Position numbers and translations under genes: made by a program
From: an uncultured Methylomirabilota bacterium
GTDB lineage: Bacteria > Methylomirabilota > Methylomirabilia > Methylomirabilales > 2-02-FULL-66-22
Length of the DNA stretch: 64,000 bases
Direction: 5' to 3'
Assembly: GCA_963705305.1 (NCBI GenBank)
Contig: OY970067.1
Coordinates: 2,016,001 to 2,080,000 of the forward strand
In this document: positions 50,084 to 58,550 of the stretch, piece after piece
How the letters are laid out: each line of letters opens with the position of its first letter
How positions within the stretch are numbered: position 1 is the stretch's first letter
The notes under the pieces: generated by a model
What the model saw: the letters and a program-made list of their open reading frames with translations, nothing else
What the model was told of the DNA's origin: nothing
Database searches by the model: none

Positions 50084-50127
50084 GAGGCTACCGCGACCCT
50101 TACAGGTTGCGGTAGCCTCTTTTGTTT
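50084..50127 (+). terminator. Intrinsic terminator/attenuator upstream of the xis-primase operon
   Basis: 15-bp stem GAGGCTACCGCGACC/GGTTGCGGTAGCCTC followed by TTTTGTTT. Confidence 0.75.
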
Positions 50128-50151
50128 GGCGCCCGCACCGGGAGGCAGCCA

Positions 50152-50364
50152 ATGTCTGAACCACTTCTCACTCCACTTGAAGCTGCTCAATTCCTCGGGC
50201 TGAAAGTCAGCACGATCAGAAAGTGGACGTTTGAGCGCAAGCTACCCTATATCAAGCTTGGCGCGCGCGCCGTGCGCTTCCGCAGGTGTGACCTCGAAAA
50301 GCTGGTCCGCCGAGGCGAACGCCCGGCCCTCCGGCCCGTCAGTGAGAGCGGGGCTGAGCGATGA
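50152..50364 (+). CDS. Excisionase-like HTH_17 DNA-binding protein
   Basis: LLTPLEAAQFLGLKVSTIRKW...LPYIKLGARAVRF; GGGAGG RBS. Confidence 0.9.
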   Translation: MSEPLLTPLEAAQFLGLKVSTIRKWTFERKLPYIKLGARAVRFRRCDLEKLVRRGERPALRPVSESGAER

Positions 50365-52484
50365 GCGCCACGGACACGGCGACCGCGAGCACGCGGGACG
50401 CCGCAATTGAACAAGTCCGGCGAGCCCGGTTCGTGGTACCAGTCCCCCGCGGTCGCAAGGGCCCCGTCATTGACGGGTGGCAGCATCTTCGGCTCGCCGA
50501 GGCCGATCTGTCTGGGTACTTCGGAAACGGGGAGAACATCGGCATCATCTTGGGCGAGGCCTCCAAGATGGTGGACGTGGACCTTGACTCTCCCGAGGCC
50601 CTCGCCGTAGCAGACTGTTTCCTGCCGAAGACCGGCATGATCCACGGCCGGGCATCCAAGCCGCGGTCACACAGATGGTATGTACCCACCCCCATTCCAG
50701 CGACCAGGCAGTATAGGGACGTGGACAACGCCATGCTAGTGGAGCTGCGGTCCACTGGAGGGCAGACACTCATTCCCCCCAGCGTCAACCCGTCGGGCGA
50801 GGCGGTCACTTGGGACGCCGACGGCGACCCGGAGACGGTGGACGCCGCCCCCCTGCAATCGTCAGTCGCCCGCGTCGCGGCCGTGGCGATCTTGGCGCGA
50901 CACTGGCCGGCACGCGGGAGCAGGCACGACGCCTACAACGCGCTGGCTGGCTTCCTGCTCCGAGCGGGATGGACTGCCGACCAGACCATGCTGGTGATTG
51001 AGGCCCTCACCGTCGCCACCCACGATGACGAGGGCCGAGACCGGCTGGCGTCTGTACGGTCCACGATGAAGACGCTGGAGGCGGATCGGAAGGCCACGGG
51101 TGGGCCGACGCTGGCCGACCTGCTCACCGACGGGCAGCGGGTGCTGGAGCGGGTGTCGGAGTGGCTGGGCATCCCCCGGAGTGCCCAGGATGCCCCGGGC
51201 CGAGGCTCCCCTATACCTACTTGGCCCACCCTGCCGGTCGAGGCCCTCTACGGCCTGGCCGGCGAGATCGTGACGGCAGTTAACCCATACACGGAGGCTG
51301 ATCCGGTCGGGGTGCTGGTCAACATCCTGGTGGCGTTCGGCAACATCGCCGGCCGGGGCCCGGGCTTCCTGGTGGAATCGACGCGACACCATCTGAATCT
51401 CTTCGCCGTCCTGGTCGGGCCGACGGCGCAAGGGCGGAAGGGGCAGAGCTGGTCCACCCCTCGGAGGCTGTGTCGCCTGGTGGATGAGGAGTGGGAGCGG
51501 TCAAGAGTGGTGGAGGGGCTGAGCACGGGCGAGGGGCTGATCCATGCCGTCCGGGATCCGGTCTATCGGACCGAGACCGATAAGAAGACGGGCACCACGC
51601 AGGACGTGCTGGTGGACGCGGGCGTGGAAGACAAGCGCCTACTGGCGATCGAAGGGGAATTCGCGCAAGTGCTAAAGGTCGGGACGCGGGAGGGTAACAT
51701 CCTGTCGCCGGTCTTGCGGCGGGCGTGGGACGGCGCCGATCCCCTCGCCCCCCTGACAAAGACCTCGCCGATCCGGGCGACGGGCGCCCATATCTCCATC
51801 GTCGGCCACATCACGCAGGAAGAGCTACTCCGCCACCTGACCGAGACCGAGGCGGCGAACGGCTGGTGCAACCGTTTCCTGTGGGTGCTGGTGCGCCGGT
51901 CGAAATTCCTGCCTGACGGCGAGCCGGTGCCCGCGTCCATCATCGACAGGCTGAGCAAGCGGCTGTCGGTCGCGGTGGACTACGCCCATATCATCAGCGA
52001 CCTCACCCGGGACACCGAGGCCACCGATCTGTGGCGGGCGATCTACCCGCGCCTATCGACCCCCAAGCCGGGGCTGGTCGGGGCGATCCTCGGTCGGGCC
52101 GAGGCCCAGGTTATGCGGCTGGCGTGCCTCTACGCGCTACTGGACGCATCGCCCACCGTGCGCGGCCCTCACCTACGGGCGGCACTGGCCTTGTGGGACT
52201 ACATGGACATGTCCGCAGTGTATATCTTCGGTGGAAAGCTCGGTGATTGGGTCGCTGACGAGGCCCTAGAGGCGATCCGGGCTGCGGGACAGGAGGGGCT
52301 GACCGAGACTGATCTACACCATGTCTTTGGGCGCCACCAGTCGAGCGGACGGCTAGGGGTAGCGCTGCAATCGCTGGCCGGTCTGGGGCTGATCGTGCCC
52401 AAGGTGGAGCAGACAGGCGGGCGACCCCGGACACGCTGGACAGTCCCGGGCTGCGAAAAAAGCGAAGTAAGCGCAGAAAGGTAG
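50361..52484 (+). CDS. Bifunctional primase-polymerase fused to DUF3987/YfjI-like helicase
   Basis: K.P..GW, NIGI, VDVDLD, IPPS..PSG; VGPTAQGRKG P-loop, STGEGL, NGWCNRFLW. Confidence 0.88.
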   Translation: MSATDTATASTRDAAIEQVRRARFVVPVPRGRKGPVIDGWQHLRLAEADLSGYFGNGENIGIILGEASKMVDVDLDSPEALAVADCFLPKTGMIHGRASKPRSHRWYVPTPIPATRQYRDVDNAMLVELRSTGGQTLIPPSVNPSGEAVTWDADGDPETVDAAPLQSSVARVAAVAILARHWPARGSRHDAYNALAGFLLRAGWTADQTMLVIEALTVATHDDEGRDRLASVRSTMKTLEADRKATGGPTLADLLTDGQRVLERVSEWLGIPRSAQDAPGRGSPIPTWPTLPVEALYGLAGEIVTAVNPYTEADPVGVLVNILVAFGNIAGRGPGFLVESTRHHLNLFAVLVGPTAQGRKGQSWSTPRRLCRLVDEEWERSRVVEGLSTGEGLIHAVRDPVYRTETDKKTGTTQDVLVDAGVEDKRLLAIEGEFAQVLKVGTREGNILSPVLRRAWDGADPLAPLTKTSPIRATGAHISIVGHITQEELLRHLTETEAANGWCNRFLWVLVRRSKFLPDGEPVPASIIDRLSKRLSVAVDYAHIISDLTRDTEATDLWRAIYPRLSTPKPGLVGAILGRAEAQVMRLACLYALLDASPTVRGPHLRAALALWDYMDMSAVYIFGGKLGDWVADEALEAIRAAGQEGLTETDLHHVFGRHQSSGRLGVALQSLAGLGLIVPKVEQTGGRPRTRWTVPGCEKSEVSAER

Positions 52485-52524
52485 GAGAAGCAGGGGCTTA
52501 TTTCGCTTTCTTCGCTTAATTCGC
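52453..52524. repeat. Inverted iteron-like arrays (9-bp period), candidate origin
   Basis: GCGAA/GCGAA/GCGCA at 52453/52462/52471 facing TTCGC at 52502/52511/52520. Confidence 0.6.
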
Positions 52525-52549
52525 GGGTGCGGTAACTCACGGGGGGAAT

Positions 52550-52837
52550 ATGGGCAGGCTGTGGGAGCTGGTGCAGGAGATCGAGCGGGAGAGGCGGGAG
52601 GCGCCGGCTGTCGCCGTGGACGGGCAGCTAGACCTCTTGGGTCGCCACCTGACCCCACGGGAGCGGCTGAGCCGCTACCTGGACACCTGGGCCACGATGG
52701 ATGAGACCACCTGGACGGAGGCAAACGTCAAGGCACTGTACGACGACATCATGGACATCTTCCGTGACCATCCCCGCGAGGCTGACACGTGGTTCCGGGC
52801 CTGGCGATTGGCCCACCCGGAGGCGCGGCTACGCTGA
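52550..52837 (+). CDS. Hypothetical protein
   Basis: GGGGGA RBS; co-oriented after the primase. Confidence 0.7.
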   Translation: MGRLWELVQEIERERREAPAVAVDGQLDLLGRHLTPRERLSRYLDTWATMDETTWTEANVKALYDDIMDIFRDHPREADTWFRAWRLAHPEARLR

Positions 52838-53101
52838 AGGCCGCGCGATTGCCCGTGCTTGTCCGGACGGTCCGACCGGTCCGACAGGTGTCGGACAGGA
52901 AAAAAGGGCCTGCCGGGCGCGGGTGGAGAGGTTCGTCCGAACGTTCGGACCGATCCGACCATAAAAAACAGGGGAAGCCCTTCCTGCAGCGGCAGCAATT
53001 CCATCGCAACGATTGCAACCAAAAAAAGCAGGAAGGGTGGGTGAGCCGGAACGATTGCGGAACAGGGAACGGCCGGAGGGCCCGGAGAGGGAGGAGCGAA
53101 A

Positions 53102-53578
53102 ATGCCCATGACTTGCAAGCCTTGCCGGCACCCCCGGCGGGCGGAGATTGACGCGGCGCTGGTACAGCGGGAAGAGCCGTTGCGGAACATCGCGGCACGT
53201 TTTGGAACATCGGCCGCGGCCCTTGTGCGGCACCGGGCGCATGTGAGCGAGGCCCTGACCGCAGCGCAGGACCGCCGGGAGGATGAGGAGGCGGACGGCT
53301 TGCTTGACCAAGTTCAATTCATCGCGACCGAGGCCCGGCGGCTGGCGAAGCTGGCCGAGCAGAAAGGCGACCTGCGGACGGCCCTGGTCGGCCTGCGGGA
53401 GTTGGCCCGGGCGGTGGAACTGCTCCACGGCCGGCGGCTGGCGCTGACCGGCAAGGACGGGGGGCCGATTCAAGCGGAGTCCACCACCGTCAAGTTTTAT
53501 CTGCCCGCGAACGGCCGGGACGACGCGACGGCGGCGACAGGGATTAACACATCAGGACCCTCCGGCAGGCGCGCCTGA
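53102..53578 (+). CDS. HTH protein, terminase-small-subunit-like
   Basis: CKPCRHP + HTH (LRNIAARFGTS), coiled helices, C-terminal LTGKDGGPIQ typical of TerS tails; GGAGGAG RBS. Confidence 0.65.
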   Translation: MPMTCKPCRHPRRAEIDAALVQREEPLRNIAARFGTSAAALVRHRAHVSEALTAAQDRREDEEADGLLDQVQFIATEARRLAKLAEQKGDLRTALVGLRELARAVELLHGRRLALTGKDGGPIQAESTTVKFYLPANGRDDATAATGINTSGPSGRRA

Positions 53579-53894
53579 CGCTTGGCCAGGGGCAAGCGCC
53601 CAGGGGCGGCACATGAGATACGCGGCCGGGCGGCCAGGCCGTCTGACGCTAGGGTCTGCCGACCCCGAAGCCCGGTCGCCCTCGCGTGAGCGGATGTGTC
53701 CACAGTCCCACCCGGACCCCTCGCCACGGCTGCCCGCGAAGACTGCCCCCCTGAGAGGAGAACCTGGCAACCTGGTAGTATCCTAGTTTGAATCTAACTA
53801 TCCCCTGTGGTAGGATTCGAATGAAGAAGCAAAGAAAATAGCTTGTCCCGGAACAGGAAGGCTCTCGCGCGTCGCAATGGCACGTAGGTGGGTG

Positions 53895-55118
53895 ATGGCC
53901 ACTCTCATTCCCGAGAATGTCGTTCGTCGTCTACTCGTAAGCAAGCACTTGTTGGAAAGCAATCACGGACAACTACGACCTGAGTCCGATGCAGTAGCTG
54001 TCGCGCAAATGATCCTTACTGCCCATGATGCCGTAGAACTCGCCGCTGCCACCATAGCGGAGCATCTTGGAGCTAGGGATATTACGGCCAAGGCCTACCT
54101 CATGGAGTATCCGGCCAAGATTCGAGATGTGTGTCCCGATGTCGATCCCTTTCCCGGCATCTCCTTCGTTCGCCAGTTGAATGACGCGAGGGTGTCCTTT
54201 AAACACTATGGCAATCTGCCTGATTCGCGTACATGGTATAGGGTAGTCGAGAATGCATGGGATTGGGTGAACGAATGGTGCCGAGTTTATCTCGGGTTGT
54301 GCCTTGAGGAAATTAACCTGGAGGGGCTGATTGAGGATGTGTCGGTTAGAGACCATTTCGTTAAGGCTAGGGAGAAGCGTGAGCGGGGGCACCATCGAGA
54401 GGCACTTGAAGAACTCGGCTGTGCCGTATACTTGGCCCTGGAGTGGTTTCCTGGCATCCGGTTCCCCGTCTTGGGTTCGACGAGCTCGGAGCATGCGCTT
54501 ATGCTAGCTCCCTATGGTGTTCGGCCAAGTGATTTCCTGAATCTTCAACAGTTTCTTCCCAGGGTATCAAAGGACTTGGGAACAGGAGAGCTGAGTCTGA
54601 AGTGGGACCTGCGCACGACAGGTCACAGGGCCAATTGGACCGATGGAAACGTTGATTTCTGCCTCGCCACCAGCCTTGATTTGATTTTGAAGACGCAACA
54701 CGCCCCGCGACCCCCACGTGCGGTAGAGTATTTCTGGATCTTCGATGATGTGGTTGAACCCAAACGTGAGTCAGTGGATATTTGGCAGTATGAGTACGAA
54801 GGAGAAGACCGCGATCCCTCTGGGCTTCTCTGGAAAAGACCATCAGGGAGAAGGGTAATCCGTACTCTGGCGCGTGGCGAGAAATTGCGATGCCGAGCAA
54901 CCCCGCACCGGCGCGAGGACGCAGACCCTACAGACGCATTCGCGCTATTCGCTGAGCCAACCCTCGAGAATGCGGAAGTGTTAATGCTGATGAGTGAGGA
55001 ACTTCCAAATCGAATGGGGTTCGTAGAGAGAGAGAAGATTATTCTGTCGTACCTTCCCAAGGAGAATGATTTCGTCCGCAAGTACTTCCCGCACTTGCTG
55101 GACACGCCTAGAGATTGA
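53895..55118 (+). CDS. Hypothetical protein with N-terminal HEPN-like domain
   Basis: HDAVEL helix and LNDARVSFKHYG (RxxxxH); lower GC cargo. Confidence 0.7.
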   Translation: MATLIPENVVRRLLVSKHLLESNHGQLRPESDAVAVAQMILTAHDAVELAAATIAEHLGARDITAKAYLMEYPAKIRDVCPDVDPFPGISFVRQLNDARVSFKHYGNLPDSRTWYRVVENAWDWVNEWCRVYLGLCLEEINLEGLIEDVSVRDHFVKAREKRERGHHREALEELGCAVYLALEWFPGIRFPVLGSTSSEHALMLAPYGVRPSDFLNLQQFLPRVSKDLGTGELSLKWDLRTTGHRANWTDGNVDFCLATSLDLILKTQHAPRPPRAVEYFWIFDDVVEPKRESVDIWQYEYEGEDRDPSGLLWKRPSGRRVIRTLARGEKLRCRATPHRREDADPTDAFALFAEPTLENAEVLMLMSEELPNRMGFVEREKIILSYLPKENDFVRKYFPHLLDTPRD

Positions 55119-55373
55119 CAGACTCCCGGACGGCGAAACGGCAAAGCTAAGGAACGCCGAGCCTGGAGGCTGAAATAACCTCGGTCAGCAACTCCTCCAA
55201 GCCCTACACCCGATTTTAATTTCTGCGCCTATCGGCAGGAATTGAAATGGGGACACTACTACGCCACCGGGAGGCTTGACAGCACCGTACCGACAGGCGT
55301 AGAAGGATTCCATTGGAAGCGCGGCGGGCAGAGAATTGAATAAGTTCCGGGGGGTCCGGCCTTCCGGTCTCCG

Positions 55374-55423
55374 AGGCCCTGGGTTCGGCTGCCCGCCGTG
55401 CGCCCAGGGCCTTCCTTTTTTCT
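55374..55423 (+). terminator. Terminator-like hairpin ending a short non-coding transcript
   Basis: AGGCCCTGGG/CCCAGGGCCT stem followed by TCCTTTTTTCT. Confidence 0.55.
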
Positions 55424-55786
55424 AGGGGTCCGTTCTTGGTGCGGATTGAGTGGGGGCATGGGGCGGAGGTGCGGCGCTCCCCTGGGCCGACACATGGCTA
55501 GGTGTACTGGGTGCAGCAAAAGTAGTGAGTGGAGATAGGGAGGTGAAAAGAGATGGAGATCCAAATTCAGTTTAAGCAAATCGCGGTAACCATGCAGGGG
55601 GGAAAGGTCCAACTGTACGGTCTGGCGGAGGGCGGGGCTTATGCGATAGATGGGGTCGTATACAAATACGATGAGCCGAACAGAAAGTGGCGTATGCTGT
55701 CAACTGAGGTCGCAGAACAAGAGTAGAGCCTCTTGACGGGAGAGGTGCCAGAACGAAGGACGGCAATCGAGTGAGGGGCATCTACA

Positions 55787-56437
55787 ATGGGCGCGTTGAA
55801 GGCCGGCATGACATACGACGAAGCGGCGGAGCATCTTCGCCAGGAAATAGTCGGCACGCTACGACACGAGACCGAGCCGCTCGTTCGCGAAGCGAAATTC
55901 TTCGGAGCGACGCGCGCGATCATGTGCGACATCGACTACGTTGCGGCCCTATTCGAAGGCTGGGACGGCAAAGACCCCCGGCGCATCGCCACGCCGGAGA
56001 AGTTCCGGACCTTTGTGGAGACGGTATTCACAACTGCGACCGGCAATCAATGTTACAAGGTGTTCGCTGGCCATCTGTACGCGATGTATCGCGTCGGCAC
56101 GGTTCACTTGCGCCACCCGAAGCAGCTTGAGAGCAAGACTGCATCAACCCCCGTGCTCTCATGGGGCATAATGGTTGAGCGTACCGAGGACTTTGACTAC
56201 CCAGTGGGCGGCAAGGCATTCACCGGGACTCACATGCAACTGGTGAAAGTGGACGCCGCTAAGACCATCCTTCCGGTGTCCCTCAACGGGTTGTTTGAGG
56301 ACTTCATCTTGGCGTGCGAGCATTTCGCCAAACTGCTTGAAGCAGAGAAGGCGGGCGGCTGCCATACGATGCTCGGCAAGTGGCGTAGTGTCGCAGACGC
56401 GTTAATCGCCCCGGACCGCACGAAGCTGCGATGGTAA
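55787..56437 (+). CDS. Hypothetical protein with HEPN-like motif
   Basis: IDYVAALFEG...FRTFVE...LYAMYRVGTVH (RxxxxH); GAGGGG RBS. Confidence 0.7.
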   Translation: MGALKAGMTYDEAAEHLRQEIVGTLRHETEPLVREAKFFGATRAIMCDIDYVAALFEGWDGKDPRRIATPEKFRTFVETVFTTATGNQCYKVFAGHLYAMYRVGTVHLRHPKQLESKTASTPVLSWGIMVERTEDFDYPVGGKAFTGTHMQLVKVDAAKTILPVSLNGLFEDFILACEHFAKLLEAEKAGGCHTMLGKWRSVADALIAPDRTKLRW

Positions 56438-57423
56438 CGCGATGCCCGACATGGCGACCCGGAGGTGCCGCCCCCCACGCGCGGGAAAAACGGGGCATCC
56501 CGAGCCGACACGGAGGCGACCGGGGGGCTTGACAGCACGGATTCGTGAATAATGCAGGTTAGGGATTAAGTGGGGGTATTAACCGAGTTAAGTCGAGAGA
56601 AAGGAAAGGCTCTCGGGCAAGTAAGGGGGGAATGTTCGCTAGCTGAGGGATGTCAAACGTTGCGGAAAACGCCGCGTCTATTGCTTGCCTCGTATGATCG
56701 TGTTCAATGTGCGGGAAGGGCCTCAGAGTCGTGTTGCTCAATTGATCGAAGAGACTGGTAAATACGTCCAGCTGCTCAGCGTGTAAGGTGCGCACATCCA
56801 AGACCGGCATGTTGGTAAGCACAGGTTTTTTGTATTGAACGAAAGCGCCTTCGGTCTCTTCTCGGTGACCGAATAGCATCAACAATCCAAGGGTCGAGTT
56901 CAGCCACAGTACGAGTGTCTTCTCGTATGCCTCGAGATTCGAGCCGGAGTAATCGAATAGGAAGGGCCACCAAACATCGCCAAGTGCTTTCTGTGAAACC
57001 CGGACTGCTGCCAAGCTCTTGGTATTGAGGCGAGGTCGCTGAGAAATCATCACGTGGGCCGCCTTGGGCCAGAGATCGGTGGTTCTTCTAAGTACGGTGC
57101 GGCCTCGACGCGGTGCCGTGAGAGGAACCAAGTATTGATTCGGGGGCTGGCTCATGGAGCGGATAGCCTGTGCATCGTGCCCCCATAGTGCGGGAAACGG
57201 TGTAGGGTCGCTGGATGGATAGAAACCGTCGTAGACGTTCTCGAGGGTCGGGGCCGAGAGTGCCGAGGTGACCTAGAGGGCAAAGGGGAAGCCTGGCCAC
57301 CACTCCGTGACCAGGTATGCGCACACTTCCGGCGAGAAGTTGGTAAAAAGTCTTAGTGAGCGGTGGCCCCAAAGAGCTGGACAGGAATCGGGGCGCGATA
57401 AGTGAAACTCTGCCGGGGTCACG

Positions 57424-58251
57424 TTACGCCGCCTCGAGCTGAGGCCGCGAGGCAAAGTAGACCATATCGGGGGTCTGGCCGTCCAGCGCTGTGTGAGGCC
57501 GGCCTTGGTTGTAAAAAGTAAAATAGGCGACCAGGTGCCGCTGGGCGTCAGGCACCGAGTCATAGGCATGCAGGTACACTTCCTCGTACTTGACGGTCTT
57601 CCAGAGGCGCTCAACGAAGCAGTTGTCGCGCCAGGCCCCCTTGCCGTCCATGCTGAGGGCGATGCCGTGCTGCTGGACCAGGGCGACGAAGGCCATGCTG
57701 GTGAACTGGCTCCCCTGGTCGGTGTTCAGGATCTCCGGGCAGCCGTGGGCCCGGATCGCGGCCTCCAGGGCCTCCAGGCAACCGTCCCCGGTCAGGGTGT
57801 TCGAGAGGCGCCAGGCCAGGACCCGGCGGGTCGCCCAGTCCAGCACGGCCACCAGGTAGAGGAAGCCCCGGCGCATGGGGAGGTACGTGATGTCCATGGC
57901 CCAGACCTGGTTCGGGGCCGTGATCGCCAGGGTGCGCAGCAAGTACGGGAACCCCCGGGGCCCCGGGTGCGGCTGGGTGGTGCGGGGGTGCCGGTACAGC
58001 GCTGCGATCCCCATCCGCCGCATCAACGTGGCCACGTGCTTCCGGCCGACGGCCATGCCCCGGAGGCGCAGCAGGTCCCGGAGCATCCGGCTCCCAGCGA
58101 AGGGATGCAGCAGGTGCAGCTCGTCGAGCTGCCGCATCAGGGCCAGGTCCCCTGCGCGGACGGGGCGCGGGGTGTAGTAGACCGAGGACCGAGTCACGGC
58201 CACCAGGCGGCACTGGTGCGTGACGGGCAGGGGGTGCTGGCGGTCGATCAT
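57424..58251 (-). CDS. IS3 transposase OrfB (DDE)
   Basis: PNQVWAMDITY, NTDQGSQF, DNCFVERLWKTVKYE. Confidence 0.95.
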   Translation of the reverse strand: MIDRQHPLPVTHQCRLVAVTRSSVYYTPRPVRAGDLALMRQLDELHLLHPFAGSRMLRDLLRLRGMAVGRKHVATLMRRMGIAALYRHPRTTQPHPGPRGFPYLLRTLAITAPNQVWAMDITYLPMRRGFLYLVAVLDWATRRVLAWRLSNTLTGDGCLEALEAAIRAHGCPEILNTDQGSQFTSMAFVALVQQHGIALSMDGKGAWRDNCFVERLWKTVKYEEVYLHAYDSVPDAQRHLVAYFTFYNQGRPHTALDGQTPDMVYFASRPQLEAA

Positions 58252-58550
58252 CGCTTCGCGCTCGCATCGGGGATGCGACCGAGCGCGCCGGCCAAAAAAT
58301 CGTTCTCCAGGACCAGCTGGCCGATCTTCGCGTGCAACGCCTTGACATCCGGCACGCTGGCCTGGCGCTCGGCGGACGTGGCGAAGAGCTCCAGCGCCCG
58401 CTCCAGGAGCTGGGCCTTCCACTGCGTGATCTGGTTGGGGTGGACGTCGAACTGCTGCGCGAGCTCGGCGAGGGTTCGATCGCCCTTCAGGGCAGCCAGG
58501 GCGACCTTGGCCTTGAAGGCGGGGGCGTGGTTCCGTCGGGACCGTTTCAT
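58248..58550 (-). CDS. IS3 transposase OrfA; -1 frameshift window U-UUU-UUG near 58293-58299
   Basis: FKAKVALAAL...ELAQQFDVHPNQITQWK; slippery site followed by TCGCATC/GATGCGA hairpin. Confidence 0.93.
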   Translation of the reverse strand: MKRSRRNHAPAFKAKVALAALKGDRTLAELAQQFDVHPNQITQWKAQLLERALELFATSAERQASVPDVKALHAKIGQLVLENDFLAGALGRIPDASAKR

